A stretch of DNA of 64,000 nt from an uncultured Actinomycetota bacterium (GTDB taxonomy: Bacteria; Actinomycetota; Actinomycetes; JACCUZ01), in NCBI GenBank assembly GCA_963829565.1, contig CAWHJC010000017.1, forward strand, positions 28,797 to 92,796, in the 5' to 3' direction. The translations under genes and the position numbers were made by a program. The notes beneath the pieces are model-generated. The model saw only the letters and a program-made list of their open reading frames with translations. It had not been told where the DNA came from and ran no database searches. Positions 10,830 through 20,581 of this stretch are shown here, piece after piece. Position 1 is the stretch's first letter, and every line of letters starts with the position of its first letter.

Positions 10830-11717
10830 CGTGCTCCACGGCGAGCACTACCGCCGGCGCGACCTCCTCGGCGAAGCGCTGCATCGCGCGCGCCGTGCCC
10901 GCGTCGACGCTGAGCACGAAGCCGCTGATGCCCTGCTCGAGCGCCAGCCCGGCCAGCTGCTCGACCCAGTCGTCCGGCGAGCCCTGGAGGAAGCCCCCGC
11001 CGGCACCGAACGATCCGCTCAGGTTGTACAGGCGGCGCACCGCGGCCGGGTCGCGACCCGCGCCGGCTGCAGCCTCATCGATGCGCGGGTTCATCTCCGC
11101 CAGCCGCTCCGGCCCGGCGTAGGCCTGGCTCGGCAGCCAGCCGTCCCCGACCCGGCCGGTCAGTGCGAGCATCCGCGGGCCGTAGGCGCCGACCCAGATG
11201 CCGATCGGGTGCACCGGGAACGGGCCCGGCTTGGCGCCGACCAGCCGGTAGTGCTTCCCCTCGATGCGCGGGGTGCGCCCGTCAGCTGTCTGCGTCCACA
11301 GCGGCGCGGATGACCGCGATGGCCTCCTCGAGCGCCGAGACCGCCTCGCCGGGGCTGAGGCGGGGACCACCCAGCGCCTCGATGCCGGCCCAGAAGCTGC
11401 CGGCTCCCAGCCCGAGCTCGACCCGGCCCTCGCTGAGGATGTCGAGGGTGGCGGCGGCCTTGGCCAGCATCGCGGGCGGGCGCAGCGGCAGGTTGGCGAC
11501 GTTCGGCGTCGAGGCGGACCCGCTGGGTGCGCGCCGCGAGGTGGGAGAGCAGCGTCCAGGTGTCGAGGAAGGCCGGCTGGTACGGATGGTCCTGGACCGT
11601 CACCAGGTCCAGGCCGCTGGCGTCCGCGAGTCGGGCCAGCGTCACGACCGTCTCTGACTGCTCCGCGACCGGCGCGATGAAGCAGCCGAACAGCAGGTCG
11701 TGTCCGTAGTCGGGCAT
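10830..11717 (-). CDS. LLM-class (luciferase-like) F420-dependent oxidoreductase, frameshifted
   Basis: MPDYGHDLLFGCFIAPVAEQSETVVTLARLADASGLDLVTVQDHPYQPAFLDTWTLL (ORF 11160..11792), ...AKAAATLDILSEGRVELGLGAGSFW (ORF 11282..11470), ...PRIEGKHYRLVGAKPGPFPVHPIGIWVGAYGPRMLALTGRVGDGWL (ORF 10015..11733). The C-terminal end is uncertain. Confidence 0.7.
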
Positions 11718-11916
11718 GGCCCCACCCTCGCAAACGACCGGGCTCCCCGCCGGCGAGGTCTGTTCGGTGCGTCGTGGTGGACCGACCAGCACACGTAGTC
11801 GCCGCTGGCAGCCTCGATGGTGGCCCGGATCTCGGGGATTGTGTGTCCGTCGGTCCGCGGATGTCCGGATCGGCAGCCAGGGAGGCGCCGGTCGGCGGCG
11901 ATGCGGCCGCGCCGGG

Positions 11917-12561
11917 TCAGGCGCTGGTGAGGCGGCGGGTGCTGAGGGTGACGGCGGCCAGGGCGGCGTACACCACGCCGGACACCCGGTCGACGACCGC
12001 CATCCGCAGCCGCGGCACCAGCCGGCGCAGGCTGCCGCCGGCGATCGCCCACTGGGCGTCCACCACCGCGGCCAGGAGGATGAACACCAGCCCCAGCTCG
12101 AGCAGCTGCGCGGCGACCGGGCCGGACCCCGGCGTGACGAACTGGGGCAGGAACGCCAGGTAGAAGACGGCCGTCTTGGGGTTGAGGGCCCCGACCAGCA
12201 GCCCGCGGGTGAACGCGGTCCGGGCGGTGCCCGCCGGGACCGTGCCGGTGCCGAGCTCGCCGAGGGTCTGCTCGCCGCCGCCGCGCCAGGCCTGCCAGGC
12301 CAGCCACAGCAACCAGCACGCCCCGGCCACCTTGACGGCGGTGAACGCGGTGGCCGTGGACGCGATCAGCGCGGACACGCCGACCACCGCCCCGACGACG
12401 TGCACCAGATAGCCCAGCTCGACGCCGGCGGTCGCGGCGAGCCCGGGCCGGCGGCCGTTGCGCAGCGTGGTCCCGAGGATGAACGCCACTGCGGGGCCGG
12501 GCACGAGGATCAGCGGCAGGCTGGCCGCCAGGAACAGCAGCAGCGTGCGGGTCGGGACCAT
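11917..12561 (-). CDS. LysE/RhtB-family amino-acid exporter
   Basis: MVPTRTLLLFLAASLPLILVPGPAVAFIL...NPKTAVFYLAFLPQFV... is typical LysE-family TM topology. Confidence 0.75.
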   Translation of the reverse strand: MVPTRTLLLFLAASLPLILVPGPAVAFILGTTLRNGRRPGLAATAGVELGYLVHVVGAVVGVSALIASTATAFTAVKVAGACWLLWLAWQAWRGGGEQTLGELGTGTVPAGTARTAFTRGLLVGALNPKTAVFYLAFLPQFVTPGSGPVAAQLLELGLVFILLAAVVDAQWAIAGGSLRRLVPRLRMAVVDRVSGVVYAALAAVTLSTRRLTSA

Positions 12562-12618
12562 GCCGACCACGGTAGGCCGCGGGACCGCCGCTCGCACCTC
12601 CGCTTTCCGCCGGGGATC

Positions 12619-13281
12619 ATGGCGCGCGTGACCAATGCCCCGCGACGGGTGACCGTCGAGCCGGAGCGGCTGGCCGGCTGGCTGTCCCGCTTCGCCGACC
12701 GGCACGGCCCGACGGGCTGGACCGCCACGTCGTCAGCAGTCGAGGTGACGGCCGAGGACGGGTCGATCGCCCTGCTCGTCGCACCCTTCCCGCCGCTGGG
12801 CGAGCACCCTGCGGCGACGTACGGCGGGATCGTCGAGCACGCTCTCACCGACCGGCGGGTCGGCGTCCTGCTGGTGCGGCTCGGCGGCTTCGCGGCAGGG
12901 GTCTTCGAGGGTCAGCGGCTGGTGACGTCGAAGGTCGGGCGCCGCCAGGTGCACGGGCGCAGCGCCGCGGGCGGCTGGTCGCAGCAGCGGTTCGCCCGGC
13001 GGCGCGAGGGCCAGGTCCGGGTGGCGCAAGCGGCGGCTGCCGACCTGGCGTCGACGCTGCTGGTGCCGGAGGCCGGCCGGCTGGACGCGGTGGTGCTCGG
13101 TGGCGACCGGCGGGCGGTGGACGCGGTCCTCGAGGACCGGCGGCTGGCACCGCTGCGGCGGCTGGTGGTCGACCCGCTGCTCGACGTGCCCGACCCGAAG
13201 CTGAAGGTGCTGCAGGGGACGCCGGCCCTATTCCGCGCGGTCCGGATCGACATCACCGACCCGCCGGGCGGCGCGCACTGA
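12619..13281 (+). CDS. Possible acVLRF1 / Vms1-like peptidyl-tRNA hydrolase family protein
   Basis: 220-aa protein with a GGWSQQRFARRREGQVR motif resembling the Vms1 VLRF1 catalytic loop (GGQSxxRFxRxRE). Remembered similarity only. Confidence 0.45.
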   Translation: MARVTNAPRRVTVEPERLAGWLSRFADRHGPTGWTATSSAVEVTAEDGSIALLVAPFPPLGEHPAATYGGIVEHALTDRRVGVLLVRLGGFAAGVFEGQRLVTSKVGRRQVHGRSAAGGWSQQRFARRREGQVRVAQAAAADLASTLLVPEAGRLDAVVLGGDRRAVDAVLEDRRLAPLRRLVVDPLLDVPDPKLKVLQGTPALFRAVRIDITDPPGGAH

Positions 13282-13370
13282 GGGACGCGAGGGCAGGGGC
13301 AGCGTTCATCCGACGTTCGGCGTCCCGTCACGCCGGACAGGAGCCAGCCGCGACTCGTCGGCGCACAATC

Positions 13371-14213
13371 GTGCCCGTGCGCAACATCCTGCCGAGGCAA
13401 TCCGCGCCCCATGGCCGGCGGCTGATCCTGACGGCTGCGGGACCGACGATGCACGCGGTGCTGCACGACCTGTCGCTGCCGTCGTTCCAGCGCTACGCGC
13501 AGCGCTGGGGCTACGCCGTGCGGGCGGTGGACCTGCCGTCCGACGGCTCCGGGGCGGACGCCGGGGCGCAGACCGCGAAGTGGGCGAAGGTGCGGCTGCT
13601 GCGCGAGGCGCTGGCCGACCACGAGATGGTGCTGTGGCTCGACGCGGATGTGCTCCTGCTGCGCGACGACGAGGACGTCGCCGACCACCTGCTGCCGGGC
13701 GACTTCCAGGCGCTCGCGCTCGAGCAGGTGCCGGCCGAGCACCGGGTCAACCCGAACACCGGCGTGTGGCTGCTGCGCGGCTCGGGTGCCCTCGATTTCC
13801 TGGACCAGGTCGAGCGGCTCGGCCCGCAGCCGGGGCCGTGGGCCGACCAGGGCGCGGTGCTGGCGGCGCTGGGCTGGGACCGGGGCGACGAGTCGTACGC
13901 GTGGGCGCGACCCGGCCGGGGCAGCCCGTACCAGACCCGGACGAGCTGGTTGCCGCCCGGCTGGAACCAGCCGTACGTCGACGGGCGGGCGGCCGAGGAC
14001 TGCTTCAACAGCTCGGCCGTGTCCTACGCCGACCGGCCCACCATCGCCGCCCCGCACGCACTCCACTTCATGGGCCTCACGCCGCAGGCGCGGTACCGGC
14101 ACATGAGCGCGCAGTCGGCCCTCACGACGACTATCGTCGCCGACGATGACAACGCCTGGCGCCGTCGACTGGGAGACGTTCACCTCGCTGCGTCGCAAGG
14201 CACGCCCGCGTGA
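13371..14213 (+). CDS. Putative nucleotide-diphospho-sugar (GT-A-like) glycosyltransferase
   Basis: WLDADVLLLRDDED (DxD-like) and overall composition. Family call is weak. Confidence 0.45.
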   Translation: MPVRNILPRQSAPHGRRLILTAAGPTMHAVLHDLSLPSFQRYAQRWGYAVRAVDLPSDGSGADAGAQTAKWAKVRLLREALADHEMVLWLDADVLLLRDDEDVADHLLPGDFQALALEQVPAEHRVNPNTGVWLLRGSGALDFLDQVERLGPQPGPWADQGAVLAALGWDRGDESYAWARPGRGSPYQTRTSWLPPGWNQPYVDGRAAEDCFNSSAVSYADRPTIAAPHALHFMGLTPQARYRHMSAQSALTTTIVADDDNAWRRRLGDVHLAASQGTPA

Positions 14214-15543
14214 GCTGAGGTACGCCGACGGCCGGGCGTTGCGCGAGCAGGTGCCGCGATCCAGCTTCGCCCTCTGGGAGCCTCCTGCTTCCCGGCTGGA
14301 TCCTGTCGACCAGATCACGGCGGCGAACGAGGGGCGGCTCGACTGGCTGGTCCCTGTCCGCGTCGGGCGGATGGTCGCGACGCCATACGCCTTCCTCCGG
14401 GGGGCGGCAGCGATCCACGCGGACGACTTCGCCGGCCTGCCCTCGACGGGCATCACCCCGGTCATCTGTGGTGACGCCCACCTGGGCAACTTCGGCTTCT
14501 ACGCCTCCCCCGAGCGAGACCTCGTGTTCGACCTCAACGACTTCGACGAGGCCCATCCAGGGGCCTGGGAGTGGGATCTCAGACGGCTCGTGGCGAGCGT
14601 CTGGGTCGCCGGGCGGCAGAACGGGTCCTCCGAGGACGACTGCGACCAGGCCGTACGCGGGTGCGTTGCTGCCTACCGGCAGCAGGTCGCCTACCTCGCC
14701 GAGCGCCCGCTCATCGGTCGGTCGTACGAGCGCCTCGATGTGGACCGGCTCCGTGACTCGGCAACCGACGAGACTCTCCTGCGCGAGATCGAACGGGCCG
14801 CCAAGCGGGCCAAGCGCCGCACCAGCGACCGCGCCTTGCCGCGGTTCACCGAGGAGCACGGCGGCGACCGGCGCATCGTCGAGGAGCCACCACTGATCAC
14901 CCACCTCTCCCACGAGGAGACCGAACGCGTCGCCGCCGCGCTGGACGAGTACCTCAGGACCCTCCCGCCGCACTGGGCCCGCATCCTGGGCGGCTACAGC
15001 ATCGTCGACATCGCCCACAAGGTCGTGGGCGTTGGTTCGGTCGGTCTCCGCGCCTACGTCGCCCTGTGCGAAGGGAGCAGCCCGGACGACGTCCTGTTCC
15101 TGCAGCTCAAGCAGGCACGACGGTCTGTGGTCGCCCGCCACGTCCACGGCGAGTCCGCCAGGCACTCGCACCAGGGTCAGCGAGTCGTGGAGTACCAGCA
15201 GGCGCTGCAGACAGTGAGCGACCCGTTCCTCGGGTGGACCAGCGTCGGAGAGCACCAGTACTACGTACGGCAGTTCCGGGACATGAAGGGCGCCATCACC
15301 ATCGACGGCATCGATCCCGGCGCACTGACCGACTACGCGGGCATCTGCGGGTTCCTCCTGGCGAAGGGTCACGCCCGCACGAGCGGAGCGTCGGTGATCG
15401 CCGGGTACGTCGGCTCCAGCGACAAGCTCGACGACGCGCTGTCACACTTCGCGGGTGTCTACGCGGACCAGACCGAGCGAGACCATCAGGCGCTTCGGGC
15501 CGCGGTCCGGCTGGGCAGGCTCCCTGCCGACCACGACCACTGA
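14146..15543 (+). CDS. DUF2252 domain-containing protein
   Basis: 465-aa intact ORF; ...DWLVPVRVGRMVATPYAFLRGAAAIHADDFAGLPSTGITPVICGDAHLGNFGFY... matches the DUF2252 family. The start may be downstream of the annotated ATG. Confidence 0.65.
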   Translation: MTTPGAVDWETFTSLRRKARPRELRYADGRALREQVPRSSFALWEPPASRLDPVDQITAANEGRLDWLVPVRVGRMVATPYAFLRGAAAIHADDFAGLPSTGITPVICGDAHLGNFGFYASPERDLVFDLNDFDEAHPGAWEWDLRRLVASVWVAGRQNGSSEDDCDQAVRGCVAAYRQQVAYLAERPLIGRSYERLDVDRLRDSATDETLLREIERAAKRAKRRTSDRALPRFTEEHGGDRRIVEEPPLITHLSHEETERVAAALDEYLRTLPPHWARILGGYSIVDIAHKVVGVGSVGLRAYVALCEGSSPDDVLFLQLKQARRSVVARHVHGESARHSHQGQRVVEYQQALQTVSDPFLGWTSVGEHQYYVRQFRDMKGAITIDGIDPGALTDYAGICGFLLAKGHARTSGASVIAGYVGSSDKLDDALSHFAGVYADQTERDHQALRAAVRLGRLPADHDH

Positions 15544-15562
15544 GCCTGCGCCCGGTGTGCTC

Positions 15563-15814
15563 CTACGGCTTGGCGGGAGCGTGCGGCTCGGGAGCGCCAT
15601 GGCGCAGCTCGTCACGCACCCGCCGCTCCACCAGGATCGGCAGGTAGGTGGTGACCCGGACCTCCCCGAACTCGTCGAGGACAGAGGTCACCATGTCCCG
15701 CAGGGACGCTTCTGGCAGGTCCTCGAGCCGGGGCCGGAGCACGTTCACCAGATCGGTGACGGGGTCCGTGTCCGCCTCGGTCAGCTGTACGTCAGGTCGG
15801 GCGTCCACGGTCAT
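15563..15814 (-). CDS. Three-helix-bundle dimerisation domain protein (Rv0898c-like)
   Basis: [70 protein letters not shown] is a conserved actinobacterial small-protein family. Confidence 0.6.
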   Translation of the reverse strand: MTVDARPDVQLTEADTDPVTDLVNVLRPRLEDLPEASLRDMVTSVLDEFGEVRVTTYLPILVERRVRDELRHGAPEPHAPAKP

Positions 15815-15960
15815 GGTCGCGACGATGGCACCTCCGGGGTCCAGCCGCCAAGGGGCCAACGGGCTCTGGCAGCCCCTGGCGGGCGTGTCGTCACCTCGTG
15901 TTTGCCTGTTGTTCACCTCCGCCCCTATCCAAGCCGCTTCGGCCCGGGCAACCTGAGCCG

Positions 15961-18177
15961 GTGACTGACCGCCCGCTGCCGCAGGCCGCCTCGGAGCCCG
16001 AGCCCCGACGCTTCGCCGACGACAGCGCCGAGGAGGTCGAGGAGGCAGCCGCGGCCAGCCTGCCGACTCCTTCGGCAGCCGACCTGCCCGCAGTCCGGTT
16101 CACCGACCGGGAGAGCAGCTGGCTGGACTTCAACGCGCGGGTCCTGGAGCTGGCGGAGGACGGGTCGGTCCCCCTCCTCGAGCGCGTCCGGTTCGCCGCC
16201 ATCTTCGCGCGCAACCTCGACGAGTTCTTCATGGTCCGCGTCGCCGCCCTCCGGAGACGGGTCGCGGCCGGCATCACGACCCCGAGCCCCACCGGGGCGA
16301 CGCCGCGCGAGCGGCTCACCCGCGTGTCCGAGGTGGCACACCGGCTGGCGACCCGGCACAGCGAGCTCTTCGCCGAGACGCTGCGTCCCGCACTCGATGC
16401 CGCCGGCATCCGTCTGGTCACGTGGGGCGAGCTGGACGAGCTCGAGACCAAACTGATGCGCGAGTTCTTCACCGAGCGAATCCTGCCGGTGCTGACTCCC
16501 CTGGCGGTGGACCCGGCACACCCCTTTCCGTACATCTCCGGGCTCTCGCTCAACCTCGCCGTCGTCGTCCAGGACGCCGAGTCGGGCGGCGAGCACTTCG
16601 CTCGGGTGAAGGTGCCCCCGCTGCTGCCCCGTTACCTGCCGGCAGACGACGGCTGGTCCCGGTTCGTGCCCGTCGAAGAGGTGATCGCAGCACATCTGCC
16701 CGACCTGTTCCCCGGGCTGACGGTGCTGGAGGCGTCCTCGTTCCGCGTCACCCGCAACGAGGACCTCGAGGTCGACGACGACGTCGACAACCTGCTACAG
16801 GCCCTGGAGCTCGAGCTGTCGCGCCGGCGGTTCGGGACCCCGGTGCGTCTCGAGGTTGCCGACGAGATGAGCGACCGGGTGCTGGCCCTGCTGGTGCGCG
16901 AGCTCGAGATCAGTGACGCCGAGGTCTACCGGCTCCGCGCACCGCTCGACCTCGCGGCACTGTGGCTGCTCGCCGACCTGGACCGGCCGGACTTGCGGTA
17001 CCCCGCGATGGTGCCTGAGACACCGGCGGCTCTCCGACCGACCGAGGGTGGGCAGGACATCTTCTCCGCCCTGCGGCGAGGTGACGTGCTGCTGCAGCAC
17101 CCCTACGACTCGTTCGCCACGACCGTCCAAGCGTTCATCGAGCAGGCGGCGAACGACCCGGCCACGCACGCCATCAAGCTGACTCTCTACCGGACCAGCG
17201 GTGAGTCCCCCATCGTCGACGCCCTCGTCGACGCGGCGATGGCTGGCAAGCAGGTGCTGGTCGTCGTCGAGATCAAGGCGCGCTTCGACGAGAAGGCGAA
17301 CATCCGCTGGGCCCGCAAGCTCGAGCAGGCGGGCTGCCACGTCGTCTATGGACTGGTCGGCCTCAAGACCCACTGCAAGCTGGCCCTCGTCGTCCGGTCG
17401 GAGGCCGACGCCGGGCTGCGTCGCTACGTGCACGTCGGGACCGGCAACTACAACCCGAAGACGGCTCGGGTCTACGAGGACATCGGCGTGCTCACAGCTG
17501 ACCCGGTCGTCGGCGCCGACGTGGCCGACCTGTTCAACCACCTGTCCGGCTACACCAAGCACATCGACTACGACTCGTTGCTCGTGGCACCTGACACCCT
17601 TCGCAGCGGCCTGTCGGACCTCATCCGGCGCGAGGCACGCAATGCCGAGAGGGGGCTGCCCGCCGGCATCTCGGCCAAGGTCAACAGCCTGGTCGACGCG
17701 TCCCTGATCGACGAGCTCTACCTGGCGTCCCGGGCGGGAGTGCCGATCGACCTGCTGGTCCGAGGGATGTGCGTCCTGCGACCAGGCGTCCCCGGGCTCT
17801 CGGAGAGCATCCGGGTGCGCAGCATCCTGGGTCGGTTCCTCGAGCACTCACGCGTCTACCGCTTCGAGAACGGCGGTGACCCGATGTTCTGGATCGGCAG
17901 CGCCGACATCATGGACCGCAACCTGGACCGCCGCGTCGAGGCGCTTGTGCGGGTCGGCGACGAGAAGGGTCGTCGCCAGCTGGACGAGATTCTGGACCTC
18001 GGGTGGCAGGACGACATCGACTGCTGGACGCTGTTGCCCGACGCGACGTGGCGTCGCTCGTCAGTCGGCTCGCCCGCGGGCGGCGACGAGTCGCCGGACG
18101 GCCGGGCTCTCACGGACTACCAGCAGCTGATCGTGGCACGCCGCGGGGCCGCCCACGGCGTCAGCGACCATGAGTGA
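15961..18177 (+). CDS. ppk: Polyphosphate kinase 1
   Basis: ~740 aa; ...[40 protein letters not shown]... and the C-terminal PLD-like HKxxD region (HCKLALV). GTG start at 15961 is in frame. Confidence 0.9.
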   Translation: MTDRPLPQAASEPEPRRFADDSAEEVEEAAAASLPTPSAADLPAVRFTDRESSWLDFNARVLELAEDGSVPLLERVRFAAIFARNLDEFFMVRVAALRRRVAAGITTPSPTGATPRERLTRVSEVAHRLATRHSELFAETLRPALDAAGIRLVTWGELDELETKLMREFFTERILPVLTPLAVDPAHPFPYISGLSLNLAVVVQDAESGGEHFARVKVPPLLPRYLPADDGWSRFVPVEEVIAAHLPDLFPGLTVLEASSFRVTRNEDLEVDDDVDNLLQALELELSRRRFGTPVRLEVADEMSDRVLALLVRELEISDAEVYRLRAPLDLAALWLLADLDRPDLRYPAMVPETPAALRPTEGGQDIFSALRRGDVLLQHPYDSFATTVQAFIEQAANDPATHAIKLTLYRTSGESPIVDALVDAAMAGKQVLVVVEIKARFDEKANIRWARKLEQAGCHVVYGLVGLKTHCKLALVVRSEADAGLRRYVHVGTGNYNPKTARVYEDIGVLTADPVVGADVADLFNHLSGYTKHIDYDSLLVAPDTLRSGLSDLIRREARNAERGLPAGISAKVNSLVDASLIDELYLASRAGVPIDLLVRGMCVLRPGVPGLSESIRVRSILGRFLEHSRVYRFENGGDPMFWIGSADIMDRNLDRRVEALVRVGDEKGRRQLDEILDLGWQDDIDCWTLLPDATWRRSSVGSPAGGDESPDGRALTDYQQLIVARRGAAHGVSDHE

Positions 18178-18710
18178 TCCGTCGTCGGCAGACGATCTGA
18201 GTCGGACCGGCCGAGCTAGCGACGGCAGAGCGATCGTGGTGGTCCGCCATGCGAGCGCCGGGAGCCGCAAGCAGTGGGCCGGGGACGACGACTGAGCGGC
18301 CGCTTGACGAGCGCGGGCACGCCCAGGCCGAGGCTCTGGTGCCGGTGCTCGCGGACTACCACCTGCACCGCGCCTATTCGGCCCCCGTCGTCCGGTGCCT
18401 GGAGACCATTGCGCCGTTCGCGCGCGCGAGCGGCCTGCCGGTGCACCAGGAGCCACTTCTCGCCGAGGAGGGCGCTGCCAAGGACGCCGACGGGGCGGTC
18501 GAGTGGCTGGTCGGCATCGCGGCGCTGCCGGAGTCGTCGATCGTGTGCACGCAGCGCGGCACGCTGACGGCAGTGTTTCCCGACCTGATGCGACGGCTCG
18601 GGTATCCCACGGAGGAGGTCCCCCGACTGGGCAAGGGCCGGGTGCTCGTCCTGCATCTTGCCGGGCCCGACCAGCTGGCCTCCGTCGACAGGCTCCCCAG
18701 ACCGTTCTGA
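18171..18710 (+). CDS. SixA-like histidine phosphatase family protein (frameshift ~18290)
   Basis: MSDPSS...[21 protein letters not shown] then frameshift into ORF 18249..18710 ([17 protein letters not shown]...). The RHA/G motif of the histidine-phosphatase superfamily is present. ATGA overlap with the ppk stop. Confidence 0.6.
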
Positions 18711-18797
18711 GTGCTGGACGCGGGCCGTCATCCGCTGTTCACACACCGGCCGGGCAGTCGCCCTTCGCGACACACCTCCGTTTCCTAGCGTCGCGGT

Positions 18798-19511
18798 GTG
18801 ACTCCGACACAACGCGGCGGACCCTTCGACGTGGTCGTCGTGAGCGACACCGAGACCGACCCGGCCAAGATCCTCCCGGGCATCCAGGGGTCCGTGCTGC
18901 GGCCCTGTGTGGTGACTCCCCGCGAGGTGGTCACCCTTGTCCCCCCACCCACGTGCGTCCTGCTCGACTGGCGAGCAGCCCGCGACCGGGCACTGCACGT
19001 CGTCGAGCTGCTCCGGGGCCGGGACCCGGCTGCGCCCGCGATCCTCGTTGTCCTCGGGGAGGACGCCCTGTCGGAGCTCGACGAAGGGTGGCAGGTCGAC
19101 GACGTCGTCCTGCGGACCGCCTCAGCCGCCGAGGTGTCGGCGCGGGTCCGCCTCAGGACCGCTGCCGCCGCGCGGGCCGCAGGACGCCTCGTCGACGGCA
19201 TCGAGCACGGCCCGCTGCGCATCGAGCGCAGCACCCACAGCGTCCTGCTCGACGGCCAGGAGGTGTCGCTGACGTTCCGGGAGTTCGAGCTGCTGGCCTA
19301 CCTGGCTGAACGGCCGGATCGGGTGTGTGGCCGGGCTGAGCTGCTCCACGTGGTGTGGGGCAAGTCGTCGATGAAGGGCGCCCGCACCATCGACGTGCAC
19401 GTCGCGAGGCTCCGCCGCAAGCTGGGGCACCGACACGGCGCACTGCTCGAGACCGTTCGCAGCGTCGGCTACCGGCTCAGAGTCCGTCCGCCCGCTGAGT
19501 GGGCGGCGTGA
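18798..19511 (+). CDS. OmpR-family winged-helix transcriptional regulator with atypical (degenerate) receiver domain
   Basis: C-terminal ...LTFREFELLAYLAERPDRVCGRAELLHVVWG...TIDVHVARLRRKLG...VRSVGYRL is an OmpR/PhoB wHTH. The N-terminal receiver lacks clear phospho-acceptor context. Confidence 0.7.
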   Translation: MTPTQRGGPFDVVVVSDTETDPAKILPGIQGSVLRPCVVTPREVVTLVPPPTCVLLDWRAARDRALHVVELLRGRDPAAPAILVVLGEDALSELDEGWQVDDVVLRTASAAEVSARVRLRTAAAARAAGRLVDGIEHGPLRIERSTHSVLLDGQEVSLTFREFELLAYLAERPDRVCGRAELLHVVWGKSSMKGARTIDVHVARLRRKLGHRHGALLETVRSVGYRLRVRPPAEWAA

Positions 19512-20460
19512 TGTCGAGAGACGGGAAGACCCGATCGGCTCGCTCGCCTTGCTCCAGGACGCTGCTTGCCGAGCCCACGATCCGCGAGTCCGGCCGACCG
19601 ACGAGCTCCTCGTCCTTCTCGTCGTAGGGGAAGAGGCTCAGGACGTGGCGCATGGCCTCGACCCGGCCGCGCTTCTTGTCGTTGCTCTTGATGACCGTCC
19701 AGGGCGCCGACTCGGTGTCGGTGTAGTAGAACATCGCCTCCTTGGCGTCCGTGTACCGTCCCCAACGGTCGAGCGACGCGAGGTCCGTCGGCGAGAGCTT
19801 CCACTGCCGGACCGGGTCGACCTGCCGGATCACGAACCGGGTGTGCTGCTCGTCGCGGGAGACCGAGAACCACAGCTTGACCAGGTGGATGCCGGACCGG
19901 ACCCACATGCCCTCCAGCTGTGGGGCCTCCCGCATGAACTCTCGGTACTCCTCGTCGGTGCAGTAGGCCATCACGTGCTCGACGCCGGCCCGGTTGTACC
20001 AGGACCGGTCGAACAGCACGATCTCGCCGGCGGACGGCAGGTGCTCGACGTATCGCTGGAAGTACCACTGCGTGCGCTCGCGTTCGTTCGGCTTGGCCAG
20101 CGCCACGACCCGCGCGCCTCGCGGGTTGAGGTGCTCCATGAACCGCTTGATCGTGCCGCCCTTCCCGGCGGCGTCCCGGCCCTCGAAGACGATGACGAGC
20201 CGCTCGCCGGTGTCCTTGATCCACTCCTGCAGCTTCAGCAGCTCGATCTGCAGCAGCCGCTTGATGCGGTCGTAGTCCTCCCTCACCATGCGGGACTCAT
20301 AGGGGTAGCCCTCCCGCCAGGTGTCCACGGGAGTGCCGTCCGCCCGCAGCAGGAGCGGGTCGTCGTCGGCGTCGTCGACGACCCGGAACTGGGTCAGGTC
20401 GAGACGGTCCGAGATGTCGTCCACGGGTCGCCTCCTCCGGCATCCGACGCCACCAGGCAT
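19477..20460 (-). CDS. ppk2: Polyphosphate kinase 2 family (polyphosphate:nucleotide phosphotransferase)
   Basis: ...YESRMVREDYDRIKRLLQIELLKLQEWIKDTGERLVIVFEGRDAAGKGGTIKRF...FDRSWYNRAGVEHVMAY... is PPK2 (Walker A GKGG, lid motif). Confidence 0.85.
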   Translation of the reverse strand: MPGGVGCRRRRPVDDISDRLDLTQFRVVDDADDDPLLLRADGTPVDTWREGYPYESRMVREDYDRIKRLLQIELLKLQEWIKDTGERLVIVFEGRDAAGKGGTIKRFMEHLNPRGARVVALAKPNERERTQWYFQRYVEHLPSAGEIVLFDRSWYNRAGVEHVMAYCTDEEYREFMREAPQLEGMWVRSGIHLVKLWFSVSRDEQHTRFVIRQVDPVRQWKLSPTDLASLDRWGRYTDAKEAMFYYTDTESAPWTVIKSNDKKRGRVEAMRHVLSLFPYDEKDEELVGRPDSRIVGSASSVLEQGERADRVFPSLDITPPTQRADGL

Positions 20461-20581
20461 TGCCGCACACACGACCGGACGCGAGGCGACGGAGAGGTGA
20501 ACGCGAAGTGTCCGGACGGCGGACAGCGACGGTCCGCCGGCGGACCGACTGTTCACCAACTCCGGCTAGTCTCCGGACACC

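Noticed and set aside
10015-11733. 572-aa minus-strand ORF spanning three genes
   Set aside because: Only the middle third matches the LLM oxidoreductase. The rest is run-on Arg/Pro/Gly shadow translation in a stop-free frame.
18216-18998. 260-aa minus-strand ORF overlapping the sixA-like gene and response-regulator gene
   Set aside because: Shadow frame; the plus-strand genes have clear family motifs (RHA/G phosphatase, OmpR wHTH).
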